DNA of 64,000 bases from Candidatus Bathyarchaeota archaeon (GCA_018396535.1 JAGTQC010000001.1:1-64000), one strand, 5' to 3'; counted from the first letter of the stretch, positions 21,353 to 32,066 are shown. Numbers and translations are program-made. The notes: generated by a model not told the origin, from the letters alone.

Positions 21353-21800
21353 ATGATCATAGATATCCATACACATCTTGGAGACGTTAGATCCTGGTAT
21401 AAAGATTTGAAGGGTGCTATAGGCTTCGGCGAGTATAAGGTTAAGCTTCTGATAAACCATAAATACTCTCTAAGATTATACAAGTTATGCGAGGAGTATG
21501 GTATACCTATCGATAATCAGCATAACTATGGGATAGAATCAGTATTTATAGATATAGCTTCTAAGTATAGCGTGACGGTATTCATGATGCATGGACCTGG
21601 ATGGTGGAGGCATATATCGAGCAAGCCGGGATGCGAAGCCTATCCTAGGGGTATGGTGAAGCCTGGAGGATTAATCGAAAGGATACTAGATAAATTCGAT
21701 AACGTTTACGCAGATATATCTACTACATCAGGATAATAACGCTCTTAGTATGGATAGAAGCTATGCTAAACTATTCCTAGAAAAGTATTGTTCGAAAATA
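21353..21800 (+). pseudogene. decayed amidohydrolase-family gene
   Basis: IIDIHTH, GFGEYK, MHGPGWW, YADIS motifs compressed by internal deletions; stop/frameshift at 21734, then NALS.D..YAKLFLEKY continues in another frame. Confidence 0.75.
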
Positions 21801-22316
21801 GATAAGTATAGAAATGCTAGTGGTAGCCAACTATACTTTCTGCCGTCTATCACAAATATCTATTTTGAAACTATCCATCAGACAGAGCTGTAAGTATGAA
21901 ACTTTTATCCTTCATATCGATAAACACTATGCTATCCTTTCCAAAACGACTAGGATACCATGCTTCAATCGATCTAACTAGAGCATCTAATCTACCATAC
22001 CCTAGGTATATCGACTTTCCAGTCTCATGCATACCCTTCTACACATCTATGGAGAAGGCATGGATTGAGTCTATGGATATTTGATAGAGGAGGTGGATAT
22101 GCTAGTGGATGATACGATATTCATCTCGAATTTCAGATCAAATCTTCTCCACCCTTTCGCAGCTCCATCTCATAGTTAACCTTTAGAGAACCCCACTTGG
22201 TGGGGTTCTATGATCACCTTATGGAGCGGCTAAACTCATTGATCCTCCTGTAGATAGTATTTCTTAAAATTAATTTAATAATGAAAAAATAAGGAGATAG
22301 GATTAATGAAACGTTG

Positions 22317-24614
22317 TTATGACCTTCTTCTTAACGCTAGTATAAGCCCTGCAGCTAAGATCACTATGACCACTGCCTCCGCAGCTACAGTCATAGTTAG
22401 CGTCGAAAACTGTCCGGCTAGAGCTGATACTTCTCTCGATAGGGCGTCCACCCTATCTGATATAGCCGTTAACCCTTTAAGCGCTTCGACCGCTGATCTA
22501 AGCTGGGCTACACTATCTTTAAGGCTCGTTACATCTGCTTTTATAGCTGTTACGGTTTCACCTATCTCCACTAATCCTGCGAGGGCTGGAGGCTCGTAGC
22601 TAGCTACACCAGCTGCTACCAGCCTCTCAGCATCCGGGGTAGGTATAGTTATGTATGCGCCTCTCTTATACGGTCCGTAGCTTCTCCCATCAGCACCTAG
22701 GAATGATCCTATATCCTCTGTAACCCATACACTCGTATAAGTTACGGCTACAGGTGTAGGTGCTCCAGGTCTAGGCAGGGCATCCCTGTATGGAACCCTA
22801 CCAGTCGGGTAGAGCCTTAACACTACGAACATCTGCTGAGCCCACCAGTTCACAGGATCCATATAATAGTTCTCAGGGTAGCTAGGCCAACCCTCCCAGA
22901 CGTAGGTATCCTGTAGGGTCCAGAATGGCGTCGGGAAGAAGCCTGCCCAAGGTTTAACCTCAGCCCATATCAGTAGAGCCTTCCTACCAAGCTCGATCAG
23001 CTTCTCAATCTCCCATGGAGGCGTAGCCTCCATCTCATCTATTATAGCGTCTAGCTCAGCCTTCTTCGGGAACTGGTATGCAGCCCAGTAAGTGCCTGGA
23101 GATACTGGTGTGAAGTATTTACTATGCCACCATTGGATATGCGGAACTAGATCCCTTAAAAGCGAGCAGCCCGGCCAGAAGGTCCCAACCTCGTATTCGC
23201 CTTTAGTACCTCTAGCCGAAAATACACCAGACTCGCACGGCTCTACGACTACTTCTATACCAAACTTCCTCCATTCGTCGGCTACTAGGAATCCTATCCT
23301 CTGAGATTCCATCTCGAAGCCTGAGGTAGTCGTTATGTGTATAACCCACGGCTCACCGGTGGGTAGCCTCCACTTTCCATCAGCCCCCTTGGTGAAACCA
23401 ACTTTTTTAAGGAGACTCTCTGAATAAGCAGGGTCGTACCTCCACCATAACGTCTCTGGGTCCATACCTAGCTTGATAAGCTCATCTTTGAGTGGCTGGT
23501 AGTAGTCTTTATCTGCATGTATATACCTGACTATCGGTAGTACGGATGTTGTCGGTAGGGATCCATCTGGCCCTTTGAACGCCTCGTAGATCTTCTTGAA
23601 GTTTATAGCGTGGACTAAAGCTGTCCTGACCTCTGTTATATTATATGGATATGTGTTAAGCTGGAATGCTATACCTTTAACGCATGCATCGAAAGGCCAT
23701 GCTAGAGGCCATTCACGCCTCCACCCTATTACGTACGGATTATTCCTTATAACCATATCCACGGCTTCAGGTAACAGTGTCCTCAGACAGTCGAGCTCAT
23801 GTCTTATCATAGCCATAGCCTTCTTCTCATCCGGTCCATGGTGGATTACGAGAACCCACTTAGGCGATGGCTTATAGCCGAATAGCTTTGTAGCCCACCA
23901 ATTCTCCTCCCTCTCGTAGAGTAGCCAGTTGCCAGCTGGATCTACACTGACAAGGTTGTACGGCCCTATACTGAGGGGTGGGTAGAACTTGAACTTGACA
24001 GGATCCTGCTTCTCCCATACATGCTTAGGACATATCCACCAACCAGTACCGTATATTATCACTGTGAAAGCGTAGTGGAATCTCGGGTAGGGCTTCTTCA
24101 GCTTTATGAGAACAGTATAGTCGTCTTCTGCTATCGCATCTTCTATCCACGTTACCGCGAAAGCATTCGTAGCCCACTCCTTAGTAGCTAAAGCCGTCTT
24201 TATCGTATAGACCACGTCGTGCGCCGTGAACGGGGTTCCATCATTCCAGTAGGCTCCCTTCCTAAGATAGAATCTCACCGATTTGAAGTCCGCCGAGTAT
24301 TCGTAGCCTGTTGCAAGCCAGTTTATCCATTCTGCGTTCGTCGTGTTAACGTACCATAGGTAGGCACCGACAAGCTGCTGGAAGTATTTACCTCCGGTAG
24401 AGGGTACACCCGGTATCTTGAAGTTGAAGTTTTCTATATCTATGTATGTACCCCAATGGTTCTCGGCTACAAGCACATCTCCACGGGGGACGCCCGGTGG
24501 TAGGGGTAGCTGTGCGTTGACGAGGATAGCTGGAGCGAACATGAACGCTGAAACCAGTACTATAGAGAAGGCTAGAACGTAGGCTAAACTCATATAGGTT
24601 AACGATCTCTTCAT
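22317..24614 (-). CDS. ABC transporter solute-binding protein (family 5, peptide/oligosaccharide) with C-terminal coiled coil and membrane anchor
   Basis: Signal peptide, WNDGTPFTAHDV, GPY motifs, C-terminal TM plus RRRS. Confidence 0.9.
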   Translation of the reverse strand: MKRSLTYMSLAYVLAFSIVLVSAFMFAPAILVNAQLPLPPGVPRGDVLVAENHWGTYIDIENFNFKIPGVPSTGGKYFQQLVGAYLWYVNTTNAEWINWLATGYEYSADFKSVRFYLRKGAYWNDGTPFTAHDVVYTIKTALATKEWATNAFAVTWIEDAIAEDDYTVLIKLKKPYPRFHYAFTVIIYGTGWWICPKHVWEKQDPVKFKFYPPLSIGPYNLVSVDPAGNWLLYEREENWWATKLFGYKPSPKWVLVIHHGPDEKKAMAMIRHELDCLRTLLPEAVDMVIRNNPYVIGWRREWPLAWPFDACVKGIAFQLNTYPYNITEVRTALVHAINFKKIYEAFKGPDGSLPTTSVLPIVRYIHADKDYYQPLKDELIKLGMDPETLWWRYDPAYSESLLKKVGFTKGADGKWRLPTGEPWVIHITTTSGFEMESQRIGFLVADEWRKFGIEVVVEPCESGVFSARGTKGEYEVGTFWPGCSLLRDLVPHIQWWHSKYFTPVSPGTYWAAYQFPKKAELDAIIDEMEATPPWEIEKLIELGRKALLIWAEVKPWAGFFPTPFWTLQDTYVWEGWPSYPENYYMDPVNWWAQQMFVVLRLYPTGRVPYRDALPRPGAPTPVAVTYTSVWVTEDIGSFLGADGRSYGPYKRGAYITIPTPDAERLVAAGVASYEPPALAGLVEIGETVTAIKADVTSLKDSVAQLRSAVEALKGLTAISDRVDALSREVSALAGQFSTLTMTVAAEAVVIVILAAGLILALRRRS

Positions 24615-24676
24615 AGTCTTCCCACTTGTAGGGTTAGGCAGGTAAAGCTTATATATTTTTTGGTTTACGGTTAATA

Positions 24677-25723
24677 GTGATGCCGAATAGGGAAAAACCT
24701 AGTATGGTTAAAGGATTGAAGCAGCTGCTAAAATATATCGCTACTAGGACTGCAGCATACCTAGCTACGATCTTTACAGGAGTGACCTTGACGTATATCG
24801 TGGTTAAGGCTATGCCTGTGGATGCTGTTGAGAATATACTCTTCAATATAATTAGCGTGACAGCGGTATACGATCCTGCATCTATAGAGCTTCTACGTAG
24901 GAATCTCTACGAGATACTCGGTATGGGAGGCTCACCTGTGGAGAGCTATCTCATATTCATCAGGCGGGTATTCACTTTCGATTTCGGGCCGTCGATTATA
25001 GCTTATCCTACACCTGCAAGCGAGATAGTTTTCAACAGGCTTCCATGGACTGTAGGCTTACTTCTAACCTCTACACTTACAGTATGGGTTACAGGTAACC
25101 TCCTCGGAGTTATAGCAGGTTACTTCAGGGATAGAAGGTTCGCTAAAGTCTTAGAGAGTGTAGCTATAACGCTTTACCCCATCCCATACTATATAATGGC
25201 TTTAATTCTCATATTCCTATTCGCATACCTTCTACGTATATTCCCGTTGGGAGGGGGGATAAGCATAATCCCAGAAAAGCTTAACCTAGAAGTTATCTTG
25301 AATATACTATGGCACTCAATCCTACCTGCGGCATCACTGATACTTCCAGGAGCGTTGGGATGGTCATTCCTTAGCTCCAGGACTCTAACTATGCAGACGC
25401 TAGCTGAGGATTATACTAGGTATGCAGAGGCTAGGGGTTTGCCAAGATCACACATACTGAAGAGGTATATCTTGAGAAATATACTACTCCCGCAGACCAC
25501 GGTGCTAGCTCTATCTTTAGGAGGAATATTCGGGGGGGCTTTACTAACAGAGATAGTATTCACCTATCCAGGTGTAGGGCAGATAGCTTATAGGGCAATA
25601 TTCTCAGGGGATGTATACACTCTTATGGCTGTACTATTCCTATCCATAATAGGTACGGCTACCGGAACATATCTACTAGATCTGCTCTACCCCCTGATAG
25701 ATCCGAGGGTTAGGTATAGGTGA
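24677..25723 (+). CDS. ABC permease DppB/OppB type
   Basis: FDFGPS, EDY..AEARGL, TEIVFTYPGVG, DPRVR. Confidence 0.93.
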   Translation: MMPNREKPSMVKGLKQLLKYIATRTAAYLATIFTGVTLTYIVVKAMPVDAVENILFNIISVTAVYDPASIELLRRNLYEILGMGGSPVESYLIFIRRVFTFDFGPSIIAYPTPASEIVFNRLPWTVGLLLTSTLTVWVTGNLLGVIAGYFRDRRFAKVLESVAITLYPIPYYIMALILIFLFAYLLRIFPLGGGISIIPEKLNLEVILNILWHSILPAASLILPGALGWSFLSSRTLTMQTLAEDYTRYAEARGLPRSHILKRYILRNILLPQTTVLALSLGGIFGGALLTEIVFTYPGVGQIAYRAIFSGDVYTLMAVLFLSIIGTATGTYLLDLLYPLIDPRVRYR

Positions 25724-25730
25724 CTAGCTA

Positions 25731-26609
25731 ATGGGTACCGTAACAGAATCTCTAAGGAGGATGGGAAAACTTCTAATTACACTATATATGGGGAATCTGA
25801 AGTTCAGAATAGGTTTTACGATTCTATCGATACTCGTAATCCTGGGATTCGCCGTATCACCATTCTCACCTACGAATACTAGGAGCTGGTATATAGTTCC
25901 TAGGGATAGACCGCCATCATACGAATATCCACTCGGCACTTCGTCTATGGGTAGAGATATTCTATGGGAGCTATGCGCCTCTATAAGAAACTCCTTAACC
26001 ATAGCATTCGTGACAGCTATGATAGCCTCCCATATAGGGTTATTCCTAGGCTTCATAGCAGGGATAAGAGGGGGGGTTATCGATAGGATCCTTATGTTTA
26101 TAACGGATACATTCATAATAATCCCAGGTCTTCCACTACTAATGGTTGTTACCACAGTACTTAAACGATACCTCACCATACCGACTCTAGGTATGCTGAT
26201 ATCCATAGTTTCATGGCCTTGGCCTTCAAGGCAGGTAAGATCCATGGTGCTGAGTCTTAGGGAGAGAACATTCATACATACAGCTAAACTTTCAGGTATG
26301 GGTACATTTAGAGTGATAGTGCAGGAGCTCATGCCCTACGTACTCGGATGGCATCTGATAAACTTCACGAACACCATACTATTCTCGATAGGCACCGAGT
26401 CAGGCTTAGCAATCTTAGGTCTATCAATCCTAGATGATAATACACTCGGGGTTATGATATACTGGGCTTTAAATTGGGGTTACGCACTCTTCCGCGGTAT
26501 ATGGTGGTGGCTAGCCGCTCCGGTAGCGACCCTAGTCCTCGTATTTATATCATTCTATCTAGTCTCTATAGGAATGACGGAGTTCATGCATCCGATAGCG
26601 AGGCGATAA
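25731..26609 (+). CDS. ABC permease DppC/OppC type
   Basis: PLGT..GRDI, ER.FI..AKLSG, ESGLAILGL. Confidence 0.93.
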   Translation: MGTVTESLRRMGKLLITLYMGNLKFRIGFTILSILVILGFAVSPFSPTNTRSWYIVPRDRPPSYEYPLGTSSMGRDILWELCASIRNSLTIAFVTAMIASHIGLFLGFIAGIRGGVIDRILMFITDTFIIIPGLPLLMVVTTVLKRYLTIPTLGMLISIVSWPWPSRQVRSMVLSLRERTFIHTAKLSGMGTFRVIVQELMPYVLGWHLINFTNTILFSIGTESGLAILGLSILDDNTLGVMIYWALNWGYALFRGIWWWLAAPVATLVLVFISFYLVSIGMTEFMHPIARR

Positions 26610-26612
26610 ATT

Positions 26613-27629
26613 GTGGAGCCTTCATTGATAGTAGAAGGCCTTAAGGCTGGATATAAGCTTCAGACGATAGGATCGTCTGAGGAGGTGGGAGTATACGTAG
26701 ATGCGGTCAGCGGTGTATCGTTTACACTCTATAGGAATGAGGTATTCGGTATAGCTGGTGAATCTGGATGTGGTAAATCTACGTTGATAAAAGCTGTTTA
26801 TGGCTACTATGAGCCCTCCCTAGTCTTAAGGGGTGGCTCTGCTAGAATCTATGGGGCGAAGGGTGAAGAGTTTGATACGACGAGGATGGATAGGGGGCTG
26901 CTTGAGAAGCGCGTCTGGTGGAAGCATATGTCGTATATACCGCAGAGTTCTATGAACGTATTAAATCCGACTATGAGAATTAGGGACCACTTCGCAGAGA
27001 TACTAAGGATACATGTTGGGATGAAGAAGGGTGAGGCATACCAAGAGGCTAGAAAATACCTAGAGGAGGTAGGCTTACCGGTAGATGCTCTATCAGCTTT
27101 CCCCCATCAGCTTAGCGGAGGTATGAGACAAAGGGTTGTGATAGCTTTAGCGATACTCCTCGAGCCTTCTCTCATACTTGCAGATGAACCTTCATCAGCT
27201 CTAGATGTTATAAACCAGAAGGTAGCTTTAACGCTACTCAGGGAGAAACAGGAAGCATTGAAGAATACCCTCGTGATAGTCTCGCATGATATGGGTGTAC
27301 ACGGCGTCCTCACCCATAGGATGGCTATAATGTACGCAGGTAAAATCGTCGAGATAGGAAGGACGGCGGATATCTTCTGGAAACCTCTACATCCATATAC
27401 GAAAGCTCTCATAGAATCTCTACCGAGACTCGGAGATAAGAGTAAGAGGGTTGGACTTAGCGGTTCTCCACCAGATCTTAAAAAACCGCCAGATGGGTGT
27501 AGGTTCCATCCTAGATGCCCCTACGCGATGCTTATATGTAGTAGAGCTGAGCCTTCTCTACGCGAGATTAAAGAAGGCCATTATACGGCATGCTGGCTCT
27601 ACTCTGAAGCTGTGGGGGAGCCTAGATGA
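26613..27629 (+). CDS. ABC ATPase DppD/OppD type
   Basis: GESGCGKS, LSGGMRQR, DEP, HPYT, C-terminal Cys domain. Confidence 0.95.
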   Translation: MEPSLIVEGLKAGYKLQTIGSSEEVGVYVDAVSGVSFTLYRNEVFGIAGESGCGKSTLIKAVYGYYEPSLVLRGGSARIYGAKGEEFDTTRMDRGLLEKRVWWKHMSYIPQSSMNVLNPTMRIRDHFAEILRIHVGMKKGEAYQEARKYLEEVGLPVDALSAFPHQLSGGMRQRVVIALAILLEPSLILADEPSSALDVINQKVALTLLREKQEALKNTLVIVSHDMGVHGVLTHRMAIMYAGKIVEIGRTADIFWKPLHPYTKALIESLPRLGDKSKRVGLSGSPPDLKKPPDGCRFHPRCPYAMLICSRAEPSLREIKEGHYTACWLYSEAVGEPR

Positions 27630-28594
27630 GCGAGCAGTATATGCTTAGAGTGGTTAAACTAAGCAGGTTCTTCGGCTATGGATTCCTAGGTAGAGTGAAG
27701 TTTCCTGCTGTGGATAACGTATCGTTCGATATGGAGTATAAGCCTAAGATATTCACGATAGCTGGTGAATCTGGATGTGGTAAATCTACGTTAGCTAGGA
27801 TGATACTAGGTATACTCGAACCTAGCGAGGGCGCCGTTATATACAAAGGGAAGAATATCTACGCGTTGAAATCTAAGGAAAGGAGGTGGTTCTACAGAGA
27901 GGTCCAAGCAATATTCCAGGATCCCTACGATACCTTCAATCCTTTAAAGAAGGTTGATAGATACCTGTATGAGACGGCTAGAAATCTGCTTGACCTAAAG
28001 GATGCCGGGAAAACTCAGGATATAGTGGATGCCTGCCTCAAGAGGGTTGGTTTATCATTCGATGAGATTAAAGGTAAGTATCCGAGCGAATTCTCAGGTG
28101 GACAGCTTCAAAGAATATCTATAGCTAGAGCGCTTATACCTGAACCGAAGCTTATAGTCGCAGATGAACCTGTATCGATGATAGATGCCTCTATGAGGAT
28201 GAACATACTTAACATGTTCAAAGAGTTTAAGGAAGCCGAGGAGATATCGTTCATATACATAACGCACGATCTAGCTACAGCGTACTACATAAGCGATGAA
28301 ATAGCTATAATGTACAGGGGTGTAATCGTAGAGATGGGGCCAGCAGATGAAGTTCTAATTAAATGTCACCACCCGTATACTAAGGCTCTGATAGAAGCTT
28401 TGCCAGAACCTAGTAGAAGGGATGATTGGCTTACGAGGAAGGTTAAGCCACCCGGTATGGAGGTGAAGGAGTTCATAATGCCTGGATGTAAGTATGCGGA
28501 TATATGCCCATATAGAGAGGATATCTGCGAAGAAAAGAAGCCACCTATGTTCGATGTAGGCAACGTAAAAACCGCATGCTGGCTATACAAGTAG
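27626..28594 (+). CDS. ABC ATPase DppF/OppF type
   Basis: GESGCGKS, FSGGQLQR, DEPVS, HPYT. Confidence 0.95.
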   Translation: MSEQYMLRVVKLSRFFGYGFLGRVKFPAVDNVSFDMEYKPKIFTIAGESGCGKSTLARMILGILEPSEGAVIYKGKNIYALKSKERRWFYREVQAIFQDPYDTFNPLKKVDRYLYETARNLLDLKDAGKTQDIVDACLKRVGLSFDEIKGKYPSEFSGGQLQRISIARALIPEPKLIVADEPVSMIDASMRMNILNMFKEFKEAEEISFIYITHDLATAYYISDEIAIMYRGVIVEMGPADEVLIKCHHPYTKALIEALPEPSRRDDWLTRKVKPPGMEVKEFIMPGCKYADICPYREDICEEKKPPMFDVGNVKTACWLYK

Positions 28595-28710
28595 ATATAC
28601 GCCTCCCTCCGTATACGATGTAAGATTAAAGATCGATCTAGATGACTTGAAAGAGTATAGCCGGTTAGGTGTATCGGAAGCCGAATCGATCCTGTATACG
28701 AAGATCGATT

Positions 28711-29278
28711 ATGATCATAGATATCCATACATATCTTGGAGGTGCTTGATCCTGGTATAAATATTTAAAAGGTGTACTATATTCTCTAATCTAAGCGATC
28801 TTATGAAGCTATATGTCCGATATAGGTATCGATAAAGCTGTTATCCTACCTACTATACTAGATTTCCTAGATATAGATTTGGAGAGGGTAAGCCCATGGA
28901 GTGTTAAACCCGATATTCAAGGCTTAAGCCTTAAACCTTTAATAGAGGGGGAGGCCGAATCGATCAGATCCATCGCTATAAGCGGCCACTATAAGCGTTC
29001 ACTAAGGCATAAGGAGTAGTGAATATACGCTATACATCTGGCCTACACCTAGAGCTGAATACCAGTGGGGCTTAGGATCGGTTGAGCAATTTATGATAAA
29101 ATCTAAACCAGAACTCTATAGAGCTGGATGGAGCTATATACCTCCCCCACCTAGATACTACGATTGGAGACGAGATCTAGCTGAGAGGGAAGATATATTC
29201 GAAGAGGGGAGGGATATAGCTAGAGATCTAGAGCTTAAACTCAAATCTAAAATCCTATCCCTACTAGGCTACAGCTAG
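28711..29278 (+). pseudogene. chimeric relic: amidohydrolase 5' end joined to a sulfatase-like 3' end
   Basis: 28711-28780 is a degenerate copy of 21353-21420, then GIDKAVILP; continues PTILDFL..IQGLSLKPLIEGE and KPELY..DLAERE with stops. Confidence 0.55.
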
Positions 29279-29358
29279 ATCAGTTAGCATACCATAGATA
29301 TGGGATTGAAGAAAAAGAATGAGGTGTATTAGATAGATTCTAAAATATTATCCATAGG

Positions 29359-31464
29359 TTAAGCGGCTAGCGTAGCTGCTAGGTTTGCAGCTACTCCTAA
29401 TAGTACGGCTATACCTGTCGGTGAAGCTAAACCTATAGCGAAGGGCATAACCCTATCCTCATACAGCTTTGTACCACCTATCCTTAATACTATCATCTTA
29501 GCTACGTATGCTACTATAGACGGAACTAACGCTACAGATGGAAGCCAGCCGAAGCCCATAGCTACCCCTGCAGGGTTTATCGGGAACCACGGGTACCTAG
29601 TATGTAGTGCGTATATTATCGATACTATAGCGAAGCCTACTGCAAACTGTATCCACTGGGAGGCTACCGGGGGTGTTACAAACCTCCAGTAGTTCCCTAT
29701 CTCAGTTATAGCTCCGTATGTAGGTCCTCTCTGCTGATAATTGTTAGGCGCACCCGTATAGTTGAACGCTGATAGACGTAGAGCTCCGAAGCTACACCAC
29801 ATAGGTAGAAGTGTGAATAGCGATGTTACAACACCTACCACGGTAGCTACTATCACCGCTAACAGTATATAACGTGAATGTACACCTTCAAGCATACCAA
29901 TCCTATACGCCTCCAAGGTTGTAGCTTGAGGTGTGAATCCTATAAAAGTATAGAACCATGGATAATCGCTTCTCAATACTAGGAATCTAGCTTTAAGATC
30001 TCTGATGAAGAATGGTGATAGAGGATCAGCAATCCACCACTCCCTCATAGATACATCCCATATATGAGCCCATGGACCATCCTCTATATGATTCATAACT
30101 ATACCATACTCACCCGCTATCTTAGCTTTACCCATAAGGAATAGGCCTAGGAGAATACACCATATTATACCGAATATTACTGGTAGATTACCCCCGCTCG
30201 AATACCACCATGTAGCTACGTATATTAGTAGGCATGCTATATATGCTAGGAGTATAGTCGTATATCTCGCAGGCTCCTTAGCTTCAACTTCAGGTGGAGC
30301 TTTACGAACTAGAGCTTTAAAGGTATTAGCTAGCTCATGTCTGAAGATTACTAGAATCGGGAAGAATATCAAACCGAAGCCCATACCTATACCTAGCCAT
30401 GAAGGTGAACCCCATCTATAGGTCCAAGACTGCATCATAGGACCAGTCCATGTATACCACATAGTATCGAATAATCCTTCAGGACCGCCGAAAGCTCCTG
30501 CTGAATGGGATTCCCATAAGCCTAGGTAGCACATCATAGGCCACCAGATCCAGTAGACTAATATCGCAGATACTATGAAGCTGAAGAGAGTCTTAATAGG
30601 TACTAGGAGTGCGAATCCTATTAGGAATGCTTCGAAGTTGAAGTTTAGTAGAGCATTCGGTATGAGTACGAGCGGTGTTAGATCTACACCTAGGTTACAA
30701 TACCATCTAGGCTTAGTTAACCCAAGCCCAGGTATAGTCCAACCCCAATACGGGAATATAGCTATGAAGCCTACAAGCATACCGAGCCACAACCATACAT
30801 TCCTTAGAAGCCTACTACCACCGTTAACCCTCTCATAAGCCATATCTATCAGCCTAACGGTAGCAGTAGCCTGAGGGAAGGGTAGAGCTTCTATATCAAG
30901 CCATTGCCTACGGAATAACGTCGCTAGGAATATGAACATAAGATAGTATGGTATAAGTCTAGCGATATGGAGTAGTAGAGCTGGCATCCACTCAGCCCAC
31001 GGTACAGGCCCACCATACATCCAAGACGCCCAAAGCTTATCGTTAAGAGGATCGGGACCCCACATCCAGTTGAAATCCTTAGCATACTCTAGATTCCAAC
31101 GGTGGAATGCAGGTATCTGCCTAGCAGTACCTAGCATAGTTATCGCTGGAAGAACACCGTAGTATGTAGGTAGCATCCATGAAGCCCATATCATAACCAT
31201 AACTATAGTTAACTCAGGCTTACTCAAACCTCCACCGCTTCTAGCAGCTATAGATCCTATCAAGGATACTATCAAAGGTAGGAAGAATATGAACGATACC
31301 CTTCCAACCCATGCGTTAGTCCATGCCTCACTCGATAAACCCCAAAGCCCCCCGCCAGGTGTGAATAAAGCTACGAAACCTATGAATACCGTCACCACGA
31401 TTACAGAGATTATACCAACGATAAAAGCTCTAGGACGTATAACTACCTCAGTTTTCTCCATCAT
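29359..31464 (-). CDS. large polytopic membrane protein, DUF6785/OPT-like putative peptide transporter
   Basis: GPVPW.EW, RRQW.D.E.LPFP, PWFPINPAG, K..VLR.GG..LY motifs. Confidence 0.7.
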   Translation of the reverse strand: MMEKTEVVIRPRAFIVGIISVIVVTVFIGFVALFTPGGGLWGLSSEAWTNAWVGRVSFIFFLPLIVSLIGSIAARSGGGLSKPELTIVMVMIWASWMLPTYYGVLPAITMLGTARQIPAFHRWNLEYAKDFNWMWGPDPLNDKLWASWMYGGPVPWAEWMPALLLHIARLIPYYLMFIFLATLFRRQWLDIEALPFPQATATVRLIDMAYERVNGGSRLLRNVWLWLGMLVGFIAIFPYWGWTIPGLGLTKPRWYCNLGVDLTPLVLIPNALLNFNFEAFLIGFALLVPIKTLFSFIVSAILVYWIWWPMMCYLGLWESHSAGAFGGPEGLFDTMWYTWTGPMMQSWTYRWGSPSWLGIGMGFGLIFFPILVIFRHELANTFKALVRKAPPEVEAKEPARYTTILLAYIACLLIYVATWWYSSGGNLPVIFGIIWCILLGLFLMGKAKIAGEYGIVMNHIEDGPWAHIWDVSMREWWIADPLSPFFIRDLKARFLVLRSDYPWFYTFIGFTPQATTLEAYRIGMLEGVHSRYILLAVIVATVVGVVTSLFTLLPMWCSFGALRLSAFNYTGAPNNYQQRGPTYGAITEIGNYWRFVTPPVASQWIQFAVGFAIVSIIYALHTRYPWFPINPAGVAMGFGWLPSVALVPSIVAYVAKMIVLRIGGTKLYEDRVMPFAIGLASPTGIAVLLGVAANLAATLAA

Positions 31465-31820
31465 AGCCTGGGGGAATAGTTTGTTAACTCTAACCTATAT
31501 ATCTTTCTGTCTTTAAACCATATCTCATAGTGAATCTTGATATAAGGCTTAACGAATATAGCATAGATAATAATGAATAGTAAATTGATATTTAATATTC
31601 AAAAACATAAATAAATATAGTACATAAAATAGATTTAAAAAGATTGATTACTATACATCTTCATATTAGTTTCATAAATATTTCAATCAAGATATAAACT
31701 TTATTTTAATACCATATGCTAATATCTCTTATAATATCTTCATGAACTTTAAAACAACCTTCATAGAGTTCTCTAAATAGCTCTACCTGCATTAAAGATA
31801 CACCCTTCATGACAAGTAAA

Positions 31821-32066
31821 CTATTCCATAGGTTTTAGAGCATAGTAAGCAAGTATGGATGCCCCGATTAATACGATGAATATGTATAAATCGTGCCAAA
31901 CCCATATCGGCGCACTCCAGAAGTAGAATGGGGATGGAAAATCTTTACTCCATGCGGTAGGGGTAATACTCTTGAGCGGCTTAACGACCGCTTCCCAACT
32001 AATCCATACGCCGAGGAATATTAACAGAAGGCTCAGAATGCATAGAATTCTACGTATATCTATCAT
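31821..32066 (-). CDS. small two-TM hypothetical membrane protein
   Basis: ORF with two hydrophobic segments and GGTG upstream. Confidence 0.55.
   Translation of the reverse strand: MIDIRRILCILSLLLIFLGVWISWEAVVKPLKSITPTAWSKDFPSPFYFWSAPIWVWHDLYIFIVLIGASILAYYALKPME

Noticed and set aside
21821-21828. tggtagcc match to the tRNA-Gln 3' end as an att site
   Set aside because: Only 8 nt, expected by chance; no integrase in the window
21896-22084. 62-aa ORF and an opposite-strand 53-aa ORF
   Set aside because: No recognisable motif; probably debris in a decaying region
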